64,000 bases of DNA from a virus, in the IMG/VR virus record IMGVR_UViG_3300035183_001163, positions 8,637 through 72,636 of that record; one strand, given 5' to 3'. A model generated the notes under the pieces. The model had not been told where the DNA came from, made no database searches, and saw only the letters and a list, made by a program, of their open reading frames with translations. Below are positions 26,212 to 35,963 of the stretch, piece by piece. A program made the translations under genes and the position numbers. The first letter of the stretch is position 1, and every line of letters begins with the position of its first letter.

Positions 26212-27058
26212 GGCGATTACCGACTACTCCAACCTCATCAACCTCGCGACGTCGTCTACGGCGGAGGTGCTGAACTTCTACAAGTCGGCACGCGTCGCGG
26301 GCGCGGCTCCGGGTACGCTCGTGGCGGGGCGCTGGGTCTCGCTCTGGCAGTACGACGGCAGCCCCGGCGCGGCCGCCTCGGCCGCTCCCGGAGCGAGCGC
26401 CGCGGTCACGAACGCGACGGCGGGCGCGCTCGCCCAAGCCGCTCCCGCGAGCGGCGCCAAGAAGCGGCTCGTGAGCTTCACGCTCTCGTCGCTCGTCGTC
26501 GGCACGTACGTCATCGCCGACCGCTACAACCAGCAGGGCAACCTGTCGGGAACGGTCATCACCGCGCAGACGGTGAACACGCCGGCGCTTCCCTCGCGCG
26601 CCCCGAGCGACGGCAAGGGCGTCGAGGCGGCCGCCGAGGTGTACACCCAGATTGGCGCGACGACGACGACCATCAAGCTGTCCTCGTACACCGACGACGC
26701 CGGCAACACGGCGCAGGTCGGCCCGCTCGTCGTCTTCGGGAACACCGGCTTCCGAGAGGCGCAGCGGCTCATCCCGCTCCCGGTACTCTCCGGGGACAAG
26801 GGGCTCCGCGCCATCGCCTCCGTCCAGGTCACCGCGACGACGGGCACCGCGGGCGCGTTCGGGCCGACGATGTTCAAGCGCATCGCGACGCTGCCGCTTT
26901 CGACCATCGGGGCCGGAGAGCAGTGGAATTGCATGTTGAAGGCCGGTGGCCCCGTCGACCTCGGCACGAACAGCGACGCGTGCCTGTTCATGATGCTGTA
27001 CCCGAACACGACCACCGCGCCCGAGGTCTACGGCCAGGCGCTCTTCGTGGAGAAGTGA
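26201..27058 (+). CDS. putative virion protein, paralog A
   Basis: Ala/Thr/Gly-rich beta protein; aligns with 27313..28170. Confidence 0.65.
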   Translation: MAGEAITDYSNLINLATSSTAEVLNFYKSARVAGAAPGTLVAGRWVSLWQYDGSPGAAASAAPGASAAVTNATAGALAQAAPASGAKKRLVSFTLSSLVVGTYVIADRYNQQGNLSGTVITAQTVNTPALPSRAPSDGKGVEAAAEVYTQIGATTTTIKLSSYTDDAGNTAQVGPLVVFGNTGFREAQRLIPLPVLSGDKGLRAIASVQVTATTGTAGAFGPTMFKRIATLPLSTIGAGEQWNCMLKAGGPVDLGTNSDACLFMMLYPNTTTAPEVYGQALFVEK

Positions 27059-27060
27059 CG

Positions 27061-27309
27061 ATGGCGGCGCTGACGGACCTGGAGCTGGGCGTCCTCGAAG
27101 TCCTCCGCGACGGCGGAGCGGCGAACATCTCCGACCTCCCGTCCCTGCTCGCCGCGGTCCCGAAGGACACCGGCCAGTCGTCGTGGCGCGGCGTGAGTGA
27201 GGCAGACGCGCTGGAGGTCGTGACCGCGCTCGTCTCCTCCGGCTTCGCCGTGCTCATCGCTCCGGGCGTCGTCGGGTGGACGGGCATCGTGCCACCGGAG
27301 TGGGAGTGA
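27061..27309 (+). CDS. small winged-helix protein
   Basis: LTDLELGVLEVL…ALEVVTALVSSGFA. Confidence 0.55.
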   Translation: MAALTDLELGVLEVLRDGGAANISDLPSLLAAVPKDTGQSSWRGVSEADALEVVTALVSSGFAVLIAPGVVGWTGIVPPEWE

Positions 27310-27312
27310 CCC

Positions 27313-28170
27313 GTGCCGTTCGTCTCCTACGCGGCGTACAAGGACGCGCGCGACTCCGCGTGGCAGCGTAACCCCTTCTCCAAGGCGTCGCTGACGACGG
27401 TGGCGGGGCGCCTCTACTCGTCCTGGCGGACCGCCGGCGACCCCGCGCAGGGCGGCCTCCCTGGCGCGACGGCCATCGCATACACGTCGGCGACGGCGGG
27501 CGCGCTCCAGGACCTCAACGGCAACCAGATGCGCGACAGCACGGGCGTCGCGCGCATCGTGAAGCTCGCGGTCCAGTTCGCCACCACGCCGGGCGCGGGG
27601 ATGGTGCAGGTCTGCGACCGCATCAGCGGCATCAGCTCGCTCTCGGGCCTCACCACCGGCGTCATCACGACGAACACCGTCGCGCCGTCGCGGTACGCCG
27701 CTGGCGCGGAGAGCCGCGGCATCCTCGCCGCCGTCGAGATTTACACGGCCCTCGGCGCGACCGCGGGGACCGTGAACCTCAACAGCTACACCGACTCCGA
27801 AGGGACGACGGCGCAGGCCGGCCCCGCGGGCGGCGTCGTCATCGGCGGGACCGGCTTCACCGAGGTCGGGCGTCTCATTCTGCTCCCGCTCGCGGCGAAC
27901 ACGACGACGGCGCGCGGCGTGCGCTCCGTCGAGAGCATCAACCGCGTGACCGCGATGGCGAGCGCTGGCGACTACGGCGTCACCGTCTTCAAGCCGCTCG
28001 TGACCATCCCCGTCCACTCGCTTGGCCCGGCGAACACCGAGGAAGAGGGCGAGGGGATGGGCTATATCTTCCCGAAGGTTGTGGCGGGCGCTTGCCTGTT
28101 CTTCACCATCATGACGACGGCGACGAGCACGGGCATCATGCACGGCGAGGTCACGCAAGGCGAGGAGTAG
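27313..28170 (+). CDS. putative virion protein, paralog B
   Basis: same length (285 aa) as paralog A and shared motifs (EIYTALGAT..T..L.SYTD..G.TAQ.GP). Confidence 0.65.
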   Translation: MPFVSYAAYKDARDSAWQRNPFSKASLTTVAGRLYSSWRTAGDPAQGGLPGATAIAYTSATAGALQDLNGNQMRDSTGVARIVKLAVQFATTPGAGMVQVCDRISGISSLSGLTTGVITTNTVAPSRYAAGAESRGILAAVEIYTALGATAGTVNLNSYTDSEGTTAQAGPAGGVVIGGTGFTEVGRLILLPLAANTTTARGVRSVESINRVTAMASAGDYGVTVFKPLVTIPVHSLGPANTEEEGEGMGYIFPKVVAGACLFFTIMTTATSTGIMHGEVTQGEE

Positions 28171-28176
28171 CGGCCC

Positions 28177-31100
28177 ATGTTCGGCATCGACGCGGGGAAC
28201 CTGGGCTGGGACAACGGGGAGCGCGAATTCGGCCACGCGCCCGTCGAGCGTCCGGCATGGGAGGACGACCCGTCGCTGTACCCCATCAAGAGCGCTGGGA
28301 TGGGCTTCGCGGCCATCCTCGACGCGAACGACAGCGCCCGCATCACCATCAACGGGGGCACCGTCCGAAAGTGGGAGTCCTCGGTCATCTCGCCGTGGAA
28401 GCCGTACGGGGACGCCGTGCCGCTGCGCTGGACGTTCCGCGGTTTCGTCTCCGAGGTCGCGTGCCCGACGATGGGCGGCGACACGACGCCGGCGGGCTCG
28501 TCCTACGTCTACTTCGGCGGCTCGCACCGGATGCGCTCCGGCATCTCCGCGGCCATCACCGAGGTCTACAACGCGGGTGCGTACGCCATCGGGGGTGGCA
28601 TCGCGACGTGGCCGGCAACGAACACGACGCCGGGGTGGGACTTCACCCAGGGCACCGCGGGCAACCAGCCCACCGACGTCGGCGGCGCTCCGCGCGGCGA
28701 CGGCGTGGACGACTACCTGGACGCGGCGGGCATCACCGTCGATGACCTCATGCAGACCACGGGCGTGGCCGGCACCGCCACGTTCCTCGTCTACCCGCTC
28801 GCGGCGCTCCCCGCGGTGCTCGGCACGAACACGGCGCAGTCGCCCTACTCCAATCCAGCCGTCTTCTCCGACGGGCTCGGGTACGTCGGCGTCCACGTCC
28901 ACGACGCGGGCGTGACGTTCGGCGCGTACGACGGCGTGGGCCGCGACCTCGGTGGAGGCCCCAACGACGGCTGGCAGATGGTCACGGTGATGCCGCCGTC
29001 GTCCGTCATCGTGAACAACTACCTGCTCATCCAGATTCGATGGGACGGGACGGCGGGGACGATGGAGCTGCGCGTCGGGGACGCGGCGAGTGGAACGATG
29101 AGCGCGTGGTCGTCGGCGGCCTTCGGCGGCGTCCAGGTCACGACCGGCGTGCCGCGTCTCTTCGGCAATTACGCGCTCAGCGCGATGTTCGAGGGGTACA
29201 TCTACGCCCACGAATACTACGCGGGCGTCCTCGAAGACGAGCGCGCTGACGAGCAGCTCCGCGACGTCCAGGCGCGCGTGGGCGTGAACTGCGGCGCGCC
29301 CTCGCTCGGCATCGCCGACGCGGAGAAGGCGCTGGCCCCCGACGGCTCCGGCTCGGTGGAAGGAACCATCGTCTGGACGGTGTCGCGGCTCGACACGTGG
29401 ACGGTCGGCTCCACCCTCGGCTACGACGCGAAGGGCGTCTGGTCCACGAGCGCCTATTGGCTCGGCTTGAACGCGGTCCAGCAGAGCGGCGTCCCGAAGC
29501 ACGCCTCCGCGTTCTTCGACGCCGGCGGCGCGGACGGGCGCGCGCTCTTCGTCAACACCGGCTTCAGCGAGTGGCACCTCACGACGCAGCGCCAGGACCG
29601 CGGCCGCCACAAGCTGCACAAGGACGGGGACCTCACGACGCTCCAGCAGTCGGCGGCGAACCTCGACGGGAACCCCAACGCCGGCGGCCAGTACATCTTT
29701 TTCGGCTACGGCGCGGGCGGCGCGGACTACATGCAGGGCGGCGTAGCGCTCTGGATGGTGGCCGCCACGACGGGCTGGGAGGACGCGCGCATCCGCGACG
29801 TGGACCGCTGGGCCATGGCGGAATTCGTCACGGCCGCCGCGGTCAACATCACGGGCACTGGCTCGCTCGCGCTCTCGCCGCTCTCGCTCTCCGCGAGCGG
29901 CCAGGTCCGCTTCATCGGCACCGCCACGCACACGCTCTCGTCACTCTCGTCGTCGGCGAACGGGGTCGAGACGTTCACCGGGACCGCGACGTGCGCGCTC
30001 CAGCCCCTCAGCGGCGCGGCCAGCGGGGCCGAGACGTTCACGGGCACCGCGACGCTCGCCGCCTCGCCGCTCAGCAGCTCCGCGACCGGCAGCGAGACGT
30101 TCTCCGGGACGTGCTCGCTCTCGCTCTCGTCGCTCTCGTCGTCGGGCTCCGGGCAGCTCCGCTTCACGGGTACGGGGACGTGCGCGCTCTCCCCGCTCAG
30201 CAGCTCCGCGACCGGCGCGGAGACGTTCTCGGGCTCGGCCACCCACGCGCTCCAGCCGTTCTCGTCGTCGGCCTCCGGCGTGAACACGCCGCCCCCGGTG
30301 ACCGGGACGTGCTCGCTCGCCCTCTCGCCGCTCTCGTCCTCGGGGACCGCGCTCGAAACCTTCACCGGCACGTGTGCGCTGGCCCTCTCGTCCTTGTCGG
30401 GGACGGGCTCGGGCGCCGAGACCTTCTCCGGCTCCGCGACGCTCGCCGCCTCTCCGCTCGCGAGCAGCGCGAGCGGCAACGTGGCCAACCCGGTGACGGG
30501 AACGGCCACGCTCGCGTGCTCGCCGCTCTCGTCGTCCGCGAGCGGCATCGAGACCTTCTCCGGCTCCGCGACGCTCGCCGCGTCGTCGCTGTCTGCCGCC
30601 GCGACGGGCGCGGAGACGTTCTCGGGTACGTGCTCGCTCGACCTCCAACCGCTCGCGTCGACGGGCTCCGGCGTCGTCGCCAACCCGGTCACCGGGACCG
30701 CGTCGCTCACGTGCTCGCCGCTGTCCGCGAGCGCGGTCGCCATCGAGACGTTCACGGGAACGGCGTCGCTCGCGCTCTCGCCGCTCTCGTCCCAGGGCAC
30801 CGGCGCGGAGACGTTCACCGGCACGGCGTCGCTCGCGCTGGCGCCGCTGCTCGGGGACGCGAGCGGCAACGTGGCCAATCCGGTGACCGGCACCGCGACC
30901 CTGGACCTCAAGTCCCTCGGCCTCGACGCGGTCGGGGCGTGGGGCGTGTCCGGCACCGCGACGTTGGCGCTCCAGGCGCTCTCGTCGTCCGGTGCGGGTG
31001 CCGAGACCTTCGCCGGGGCCGCTGCGCTCGACCTCCGGCCGCTCGACGCGAGCGCCACGGGCGCCGAGACGTTCACCGGAGCAGCCACCCTGGCGCTCTC

Positions 31101-31860
31101 GCCGCTCTCCGCCGAAGGCGCCGGCGGTCAGGGCGTCTTCTTCACGGGCACCGGCTCGCTCGCGCTCTCGCCGCTCGCGGCGACGGCTGCGGGAGAAGAA
31201 ACCTTCTCTGGCGCGGCCAACTTGGCCCTCGCGCCCCTCAATTCCACGGCGGCCGCAGAGCAGCGCTTCACGGGCTCCGCGACCCTTGCGCTCCAGTCCC
31301 TCGCCGGCGAGGCGAGCGGCAACGCGCTCAACCCGGTCACGGGCACGGCCTCGCTTGCGCTCCAGCCGCTCGCGAGCACCGCGGCGGGCGCGGAGACGTT
31401 CTCGGGCGCGGCGGCGTTGTCGCTCTCGTCGCTCTCGCCGGCGGGTGTCGGAGGAAGCGCGGTCACCGGCACGGCCATCCTGGCGCTGTCGCCGCTCGAC
31501 GTCTCCGGCTCGGGCGTGTACGTCCCGCCGCCGGTCACGGGCACCGCGACGCTCGCCCTCAGCCCGTTCGCCGGCCTCGCGTTCGCCCAGCAGCGCTTCA
31601 CCGGCTCCGCGCAGCTCGCGCTCTCGTCGCTCGTCATCGACGGTGCGGCGTTCTACTTCACTGAGCCGCCGCCTCCGAAGCCGGGCGTGGCGCGCATCTT
31701 CGTCCAGCCCAAGGCGCGCGCTCGCGTCGTCCTCGGCGCGGTGGCGCTCGCGTCCGTCCTCGAAGCCGCGTCGAAGGCGCGCGCGAGCAGCGTCCTCGGC
31801 CCGACGGCGAAGGCGACGACGGCTCCGACTCCGAAGGGACGCGCGAAGCCCAAGGCGTGA
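28177..31860 (+). CDS. large fibre/adhesin-like protein with lectin-like N-terminus and ~21-aa tandem repeats
   Basis: 1227 aa; GDGVDDYL and beta-sandwich-like N-terminal half; repeat ETFTGTATLALSPLSSSATGA. Confidence 0.75.
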   Translation: MFGIDAGNLGWDNGEREFGHAPVERPAWEDDPSLYPIKSAGMGFAAILDANDSARITINGGTVRKWESSVISPWKPYGDAVPLRWTFRGFVSEVACPTMGGDTTPAGSSYVYFGGSHRMRSGISAAITEVYNAGAYAIGGGIATWPATNTTPGWDFTQGTAGNQPTDVGGAPRGDGVDDYLDAAGITVDDLMQTTGVAGTATFLVYPLAALPAVLGTNTAQSPYSNPAVFSDGLGYVGVHVHDAGVTFGAYDGVGRDLGGGPNDGWQMVTVMPPSSVIVNNYLLIQIRWDGTAGTMELRVGDAASGTMSAWSSAAFGGVQVTTGVPRLFGNYALSAMFEGYIYAHEYYAGVLEDERADEQLRDVQARVGVNCGAPSLGIADAEKALAPDGSGSVEGTIVWTVSRLDTWTVGSTLGYDAKGVWSTSAYWLGLNAVQQSGVPKHASAFFDAGGADGRALFVNTGFSEWHLTTQRQDRGRHKLHKDGDLTTLQQSAANLDGNPNAGGQYIFFGYGAGGADYMQGGVALWMVAATTGWEDARIRDVDRWAMAEFVTAAAVNITGTGSLALSPLSLSASGQVRFIGTATHTLSSLSSSANGVETFTGTATCALQPLSGAASGAETFTGTATLAASPLSSSATGSETFSGTCSLSLSSLSSSGSGQLRFTGTGTCALSPLSSSATGAETFSGSATHALQPFSSSASGVNTPPPVTGTCSLALSPLSSSGTALETFTGTCALALSSLSGTGSGAETFSGSATLAASPLASSASGNVANPVTGTATLACSPLSSSASGIETFSGSATLAASSLSAAATGAETFSGTCSLDLQPLASTGSGVVANPVTGTASLTCSPLSASAVAIETFTGTASLALSPLSSQGTGAETFTGTASLALAPLLGDASGNVANPVTGTATLDLKSLGLDAVGAWGVSGTATLALQALSSSGAGAETFAGAAALDLRPLDASATGAETFTGAATLALSPLSAEGAGGQGVFFTGTGSLALSPLAATAAGEETFSGAANLALAPLNSTAAAEQRFTGSATLALQSLAGEASGNALNPVTGTASLALQPLASTAAGAETFSGAAALSLSSLSPAGVGGSAVTGTAILALSPLDVSGSGVYVPPPVTGTATLALSPFAGLAFAQQRFTGSAQLALSSLVIDGAAFYFTEPPPPKPGVARIFVQPKARARVVLGAVALASVLEAASKARASSVLGPTAKATTAPTPKGRAKPKA
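29842..31656 (+). repeat. coding tandem repeat, ~63-69 bp period, roughly 28 units
   Basis: degenerate (E/P)(T/V)F(T/S)G(T/S)ATLALSPL units. Confidence 0.85.
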
Positions 31861-31872
31861 TACCATCGGCCC

Positions 31873-32205
31873 ATGGCCGACTTCTCCATCAAGCGCAACG
31901 ACCGGCGGCCGTACATCCGCATGTCGCTCGGCTACGACGACGGGAGCGCGGCCAACCTCGCGTTCGCGACCGGCGTGCGCTTTCTCATGCGCGAGTGCAA
32001 GACGGGGAAGCTCAAGGTCAGCGCGGCGGCCATCGTGGTCGACGCCGAGACCGGCCTCGTGGAGTACCAGTGGGCCGTCGGCGACACGAACACCCCCGGC
32101 AAGTACGACGTGGAGTGGGAAGTGACGTGGGGGGACGGCAAGCCCCAGACCTTCCCCGGCGAGGGGTACAACACCGTCGAGGTCACCGCCGACCTCGGCC
32201 CGTAG
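31873..32205 (+). CDS. BppU N-terminal-like fibre adaptor protein
   Basis: IKRND.RP…VDAETGLVEYQW..GDT.TPG.Y..EWEVTW.DG..QTFP..GY. Confidence 0.7.
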   Translation: MADFSIKRNDRRPYIRMSLGYDDGSAANLAFATGVRFLMRECKTGKLKVSAAAIVVDAETGLVEYQWAVGDTNTPGKYDVEWEVTWGDGKPQTFPGEGYNTVEVTADLGP

Positions 32206-32212
32206 GTGTACC

Positions 32213-32611
32213 GTGGACGCCCCACCTATCTTCCGTCCGTCGGATTGGGTTCTGGCCGACGGAGGCCGCGGGCTCGCGAGCGACATCGTGGTCATCACGA
32301 GCGCGGCGGCGCACGAGCTGCGCGTGTTCGGCTTCCACCCCGACCCCGCGACGGAGGCCCACGGCTTCTCTGGCGCGTACCTCGCGCCGCGCTGGCTGCT
32401 CGAATTCGTCGGCGCCACCGTCCTACACGCGAACGTACGCCCGTACGGCCCGAGCGACCCCGTGGCGACCGCGCTCGCCGACGCGCTCGTGGAGCGCGCG
32501 GAGCGCGTCATCCAGCGGGGGCTCGACGACCCGGCGTGGGCGGCCGCGATGCTCGTCGCGCTCCAGGTCGGCGGGCTCCCCGCGGTCGCGCCGATGCTCG
32601 GGGGCCGATAG
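32213..32611 (+). CDS. hypothetical protein, PxW family
   Basis: YLAPRWLLEFV…RGLDDPAWAAAM. Confidence 0.55.
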   Translation: MDAPPIFRPSDWVLADGGRGLASDIVVITSAAAHELRVFGFHPDPATEAHGFSGAYLAPRWLLEFVGATVLHANVRPYGPSDPVATALADALVERAERVIQRGLDDPAWAAAMLVALQVGGLPAVAPMLGGR

Positions 32612-32841
32612 TGCCGCGCCGGTACTCCACCGTCCACGTCGCACGCGGAGCGACGGCACCCGAGGCGCTCTCCGCGCTGCTCGCCGACCTCGCCGCGACG
32701 GTCCCCGACGCGGACCCGGACACCGTGCTCGTCATCCAGGCGCGCGCGGAGCACGACGGCTCCGGCTTCGTCGCGACCGCGACGCTCTGGCGGTACGACC
32801 GGCTGCCGCCGGAGCTGGCGGAGACGGTACGGCCCCGCTAG
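32611..32841 (+). CDS. small hypothetical protein
   Basis: TAGTG overlap. Confidence 0.5.
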   Translation: MPRRYSTVHVARGATAPEALSALLADLAATVPDADPDTVLVIQARAEHDGSGFVATATLWRYDRLPPELAETVRPR

Positions 32842-32909
32842 CCCGGTACTGGGCTGAGCTTTTTCGCGCCGGATTCCTCAAGGAATCCGACCCCGTTGGG
32901 GTGTGAATA

Positions 32910-33001
32910 GAAAAAAGAGACTCGGAAGACTTGCAAGAGTACGAAGCCGGCCGTAAGCTCTCTGAACCGGCGCAAAGAACGCCGCGAAGGAGAAGACGAC
33001 G
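32910..33001 (+). promoter_or_regulatory. repeated sigma70-type promoter cassette, copy 2
   Basis: TTGCAA 32931, 17 bp, TAAGCT 32954, hairpin, AAGGAG; near-identical to copy 1. Confidence 0.8.
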
Positions 33002-33214
33002 ATGGCCAAGCAGCGCACTCTGAAGAGCATCCAGTGGGGCGAGACGTTCCGCGTGGTGGGGTCCACCGACTCCCGCTGGCACGTCGCGAAGCACGGCGCG
33101 CTCAAGTGCGGCCAGGGCTACGTCCGCATCACGACGACGTCGACGGCGCGCGAGATTGGCCAGCCGGAGCACGTCGTCAACATGCACGGCTCGACGCCGG
33201 TGGAGGTCCAGTGA
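33002..33214 (+). CDS. small hypothetical (early) protein
   Basis: first gene after promoter copy 2. Confidence 0.65.
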   Translation: MAKQRTLKSIQWGETFRVVGSTDSRWHVAKHGALKCGQGYVRITTTSTAREIGQPEHVVNMHGSTPVEVQ

Positions 33215-33471
33215 GCGCCGCAGTCAAGGCAGCGTTCCGCGCGTGGTGCGCGCGGATGGGGTACAAGCCCGTGCTCTCCGTCCACGCGCTCTCGCCCGTC
33301 GGCGTCGCGGCGCTCCGCTGCCGCAAGGGCTCCTACTCCGTCGAGGTGTCGACGGAGTTGGCGCCGTCGCAGGAGGCCGTCCGCGCGTCCGGCGCCACGC
33401 ACGGCTACGCGTACCCGCTCCTCAACAAGCCCGAAGCGGCCGCGCTCGCGTTCTTCGGAGGTGCGTCGTGA
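33211..33471 (+). CDS. small hypothetical protein
   Basis: GTGA overlap. Confidence 0.55.
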   Translation: MSAAVKAAFRAWCARMGYKPVLSVHALSPVGVAALRCRKGSYSVEVSTELAPSQEAVRASGATHGYAYPLLNKPEAAALAFFGGAS

Positions 33472-33701
33472 AGCCGAAACTGCGCGCCTTCGTCGTCTGC
33501 GCGGAGTGGAACGGCAACCCGTTCACGCGGGAGCTGCTCGACGTCGACGCCGCGAACGAAGCCGAAGCCCGCCGCATCGCGCAGCGCACGATGGACGACG
33601 ACTACGAACCCGGCGGCGTCATCGTCGGCGTCGAGGAGCGTCGCCCCGACGGTGGCTGGAACGTCTCGTCCTTCACGTTCCCGGTGGACTCCCATGGGTG
33701 A
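33468..33701 (+). CDS. small hypothetical protein
   Basis: GTGA overlap; V.AANEAEARRIA. Confidence 0.55.
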   Translation: MKPKLRAFVVCAEWNGNPFTRELLDVDAANEAEARRIAQRTMDDDYEPGGVIVGVEERRPDGGWNVSSFTFPVDSHG

Positions 33702-34119
33702 CACCGACCGGCCGCCGTGCTTGCCGCACGTCTGCGCCTGCGGCGCGACGTACACGGCTGAAGAGTGGTGGGCGCTCCCGTTCCCCGCGAGCGGCATCGA
33801 CCTCTGGGATGACGGCGTCGTCGCGCTCCGGCTCCGCAACTGCCGGAAGTGCGGGACGACGTTCGCGCAGGTGCTCCCGGAGAGCGCCGCGGCGCTCGTC
33901 GTCCAGGCCGTAGCAGCCTCGCCGTTCAGGCACCTGGGCGTCGAGGAGCCGGCGCTCGTGTCCCGTCTCCGGGACATCTACGGGCTGGAGCCGCGCGACG
34001 TCCGCGCTGGGCTCGCGCTCGCGGTGCTCGACGGCCGGCTCAGCCCGACGACTCCGCGCCGCGCGGACGTTCCGCCGAACGTGCTGGCGTACGTCTTCGT
34101 GCGGCAGAATCCCCGCTAG
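33694..34119 (+). CDS. Zn-ribbon + winged-helix protein
   Basis: CACGATY…LRNCRKCGTT; DVRAGLALAVLDGRL. Confidence 0.6.
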   Translation: MGDTDRPPCLPHVCACGATYTAEEWWALPFPASGIDLWDDGVVALRLRNCRKCGTTFAQVLPESAAALVVQAVAASPFRHLGVEEPALVSRLRDIYGLEPRDVRAGLALAVLDGRLSPTTPRRADVPPNVLAYVFVRQNPR

Positions 34120-34146
34120 TTTCGACCAATTACCAAGAATCGACCG

Positions 34147-34222
34147 CGGAAGACTTGCAAGAGTCGGAAGAATCCGTATGCTCTATTGGGTCGGCGCGAA
34201 GACGCCGCAAAGGAGCCCAACG
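34147..34222 (+). promoter_or_regulatory. repeated promoter cassette, copy 3
   Basis: GGAAGACTTGCAAGAGT, 16-bp spacer, TATGCT 34177, hairpin, AAGGAG. Confidence 0.7.
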
Positions 34223-34621
34223 ATGAAGACCCGCGAGCAGCTCATCCAGGAAGCCAACGACGCCGTCTCCGCGTTCCCGCAGTACCGCGGCCGCTTCGAC
34301 GGCATGCAGGTCGGCGTCGCGAAGCGCGATGTCACGACGAAGCTCGGGCTGGCGGTCGCCAAGGGCGAGCGCGTCCTGTTCGAGCGCAATGAGCGCGACG
34401 GGGACACGTTCTGGAGCGCGCGCAACGCGTGCCTCACCGGCGTCCCCCGCGGCTACATCGTCGAGGCGTTCGACGCCGTCGAGGTCGCGTACCGCGTTCC
34501 CGGCAAGGCGCCGCGCCGCCGCGTGCTCAAGACGCAGCGCGCGATGGACGCGTTCCTCGCGAAGCTCTCCGACGACGGCGGCGAGGTGCTCGCGTACGCG
34601 AAGCCGGAGGGCTCGTCGTGA
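34223..34621 (+). CDS. hypothetical (early) protein
   Basis: ATG 34223 after RBS AAGGAG. Confidence 0.65.
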   Translation: MKTREQLIQEANDAVSAFPQYRGRFDGMQVGVAKRDVTTKLGLAVAKGERVLFERNERDGDTFWSARNACLTGVPRGYIVEAFDAVEVAYRVPGKAPRRRVLKTQRAMDAFLAKLSDDGGEVLAYAKPEGSS

Positions 34622-35271
34622 GCGACATCGTCGGGCCGGCGGCGCGCATCGTCGCGCAGATGCTCGCGGCGCTCCGCGCTCGTCCGGAGTACCACTTCAC
34701 GCGGCGCGAATGCACCGGGTGCGGGATGCCCGTCGAGCGCGGGCGCTTCGCCGACCACGTGAAGACGAAGCGGTGCCAGCAGGCAACGGCCGTCAAGCGG
34801 CTCAAGGCTGCTCGGTGGTCGTCGTCGTGGAGCGCGCGGTCGAAGCTGCGGGCGCTCGGCCTCCCGTTCATCGACTGGCCGACGGTGAAGGACTCGCGCG
34901 GCTCGCTCACCGACGACGGATGGGCGCCCGAGTGGGCGGCGTGGTTCGCGCGCGAGTGGCCGATGGTGAAGCCGGACCTGGCCGACGTCCGCGCGGGCCG
35001 CTGCGACAGCTCGGAGGTCCCGAAGGACCAGGCGTCGATGCGGCTCTTCCTGGAGCGCGCGATGGCCGACGTGACGACGATGAAGGCGCTGCTCGCCGTC
35101 TTCGACATGTACCCCGTCGACGAGGATGAATCGTGTAGCGTCCGGCGCGACGCGAACAAGCGCCGCGTCGACGCCATCGCGCTGCTCGCGCGCGAAGTCT
35201 TCGCGCCGCCGACTCCGCCGGAGCAGGAGTGGCAGCTCACCGTCCTCTCGCGCTTCGACGAGGTGCGGTGA
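34618..35271 (+). CDS. C2HC Zn-finger + PxW family protein
   Basis: CTGC…ADHVKTKRC; GWAPEWAAWF. Confidence 0.6.
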   Translation: MSDIVGPAARIVAQMLAALRARPEYHFTRRECTGCGMPVERGRFADHVKTKRCQQATAVKRLKAARWSSSWSARSKLRALGLPFIDWPTVKDSRGSLTDDGWAPEWAAWFAREWPMVKPDLADVRAGRCDSSEVPKDQASMRLFLERAMADVTTMKALLAVFDMYPVDEDESCSVRRDANKRRVDAIALLAREVFAPPTPPEQEWQLTVLSRFDEVR

Positions 35272-35963
35272 TGGCCGTCCCCACCGTCAAGAAGCCGCCG
35301 GCGGCGCTGTCGGATGCCGAGGTCGAAGCGTCGCTCCCCGAGGGCGTGCGCTCCGACCACAACAGCCCTCCGCCGGGCTGGAAGCCGTTTCCGTACCCCA
35401 TCCCGAAGACGGCCGCGGAGGCCGAGGCCGCCGGATGGCGCGTCGCGGGTCCGCTGCTCTCCGGCCCGAACAGCGGCATCAGCTCCGCCGTCGAGCACAT
35501 ATGGACCGCGCTCGTGTGCGCGCCGCCGTTCTCGGACACGCTCCCGCTCCGCATCGTCTGGTTCCGGGCGCCGGGCTGGTACGAGAAGGACCTGGGCCGC
35601 GACGCGCGCGGACGACGCCGGACGCGCAAGTACAAGGTCAGCGCGGAGAGCGTCTGCCGGCTCGTGAAGCGGCGCTACGGGGACCGGCTCCTCTGGGCGC
35701 AGCGCGCGTTCGGGCTCCGGCGCTTCGGCGACGCACGCACGAGCGTCCACTATCGGCTCCCGCCGCACGTCTACGACGCATGGAGCTTCGTCGTGCGCTT
35801 TCTCCGCGTCGGCAGCGCGGAGCAGCGCGCGCTGGGCGCGGAGGCGGCGCTGTACGCGCACACGTACGGCCCCGACGCGCTCCGGACGCTCCAGAGCACG
35901 ATGGACCTCGAAGGCCCCGGCGGCGTCCGTACGCTGCTCCTCACGTGGTGGAGGTTCACGTGA
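35271..35963 (+). CDS. hypothetical protein (divergent PxW-like)
   Basis: TGATG overlap; YRLPPHVYDAW. Confidence 0.55.
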   Translation: MAVPTVKKPPAALSDAEVEASLPEGVRSDHNSPPPGWKPFPYPIPKTAAEAEAAGWRVAGPLLSGPNSGISSAVEHIWTALVCAPPFSDTLPLRIVWFRAPGWYEKDLGRDARGRRRTRKYKVSAESVCRLVKRRYGDRLLWAQRAFGLRRFGDARTSVHYRLPPHVYDAWSFVVRFLRVGSAEQRALGAEAALYAHTYGPDALRTLQSTMDLEGPGGVRTLLLTWWRFT

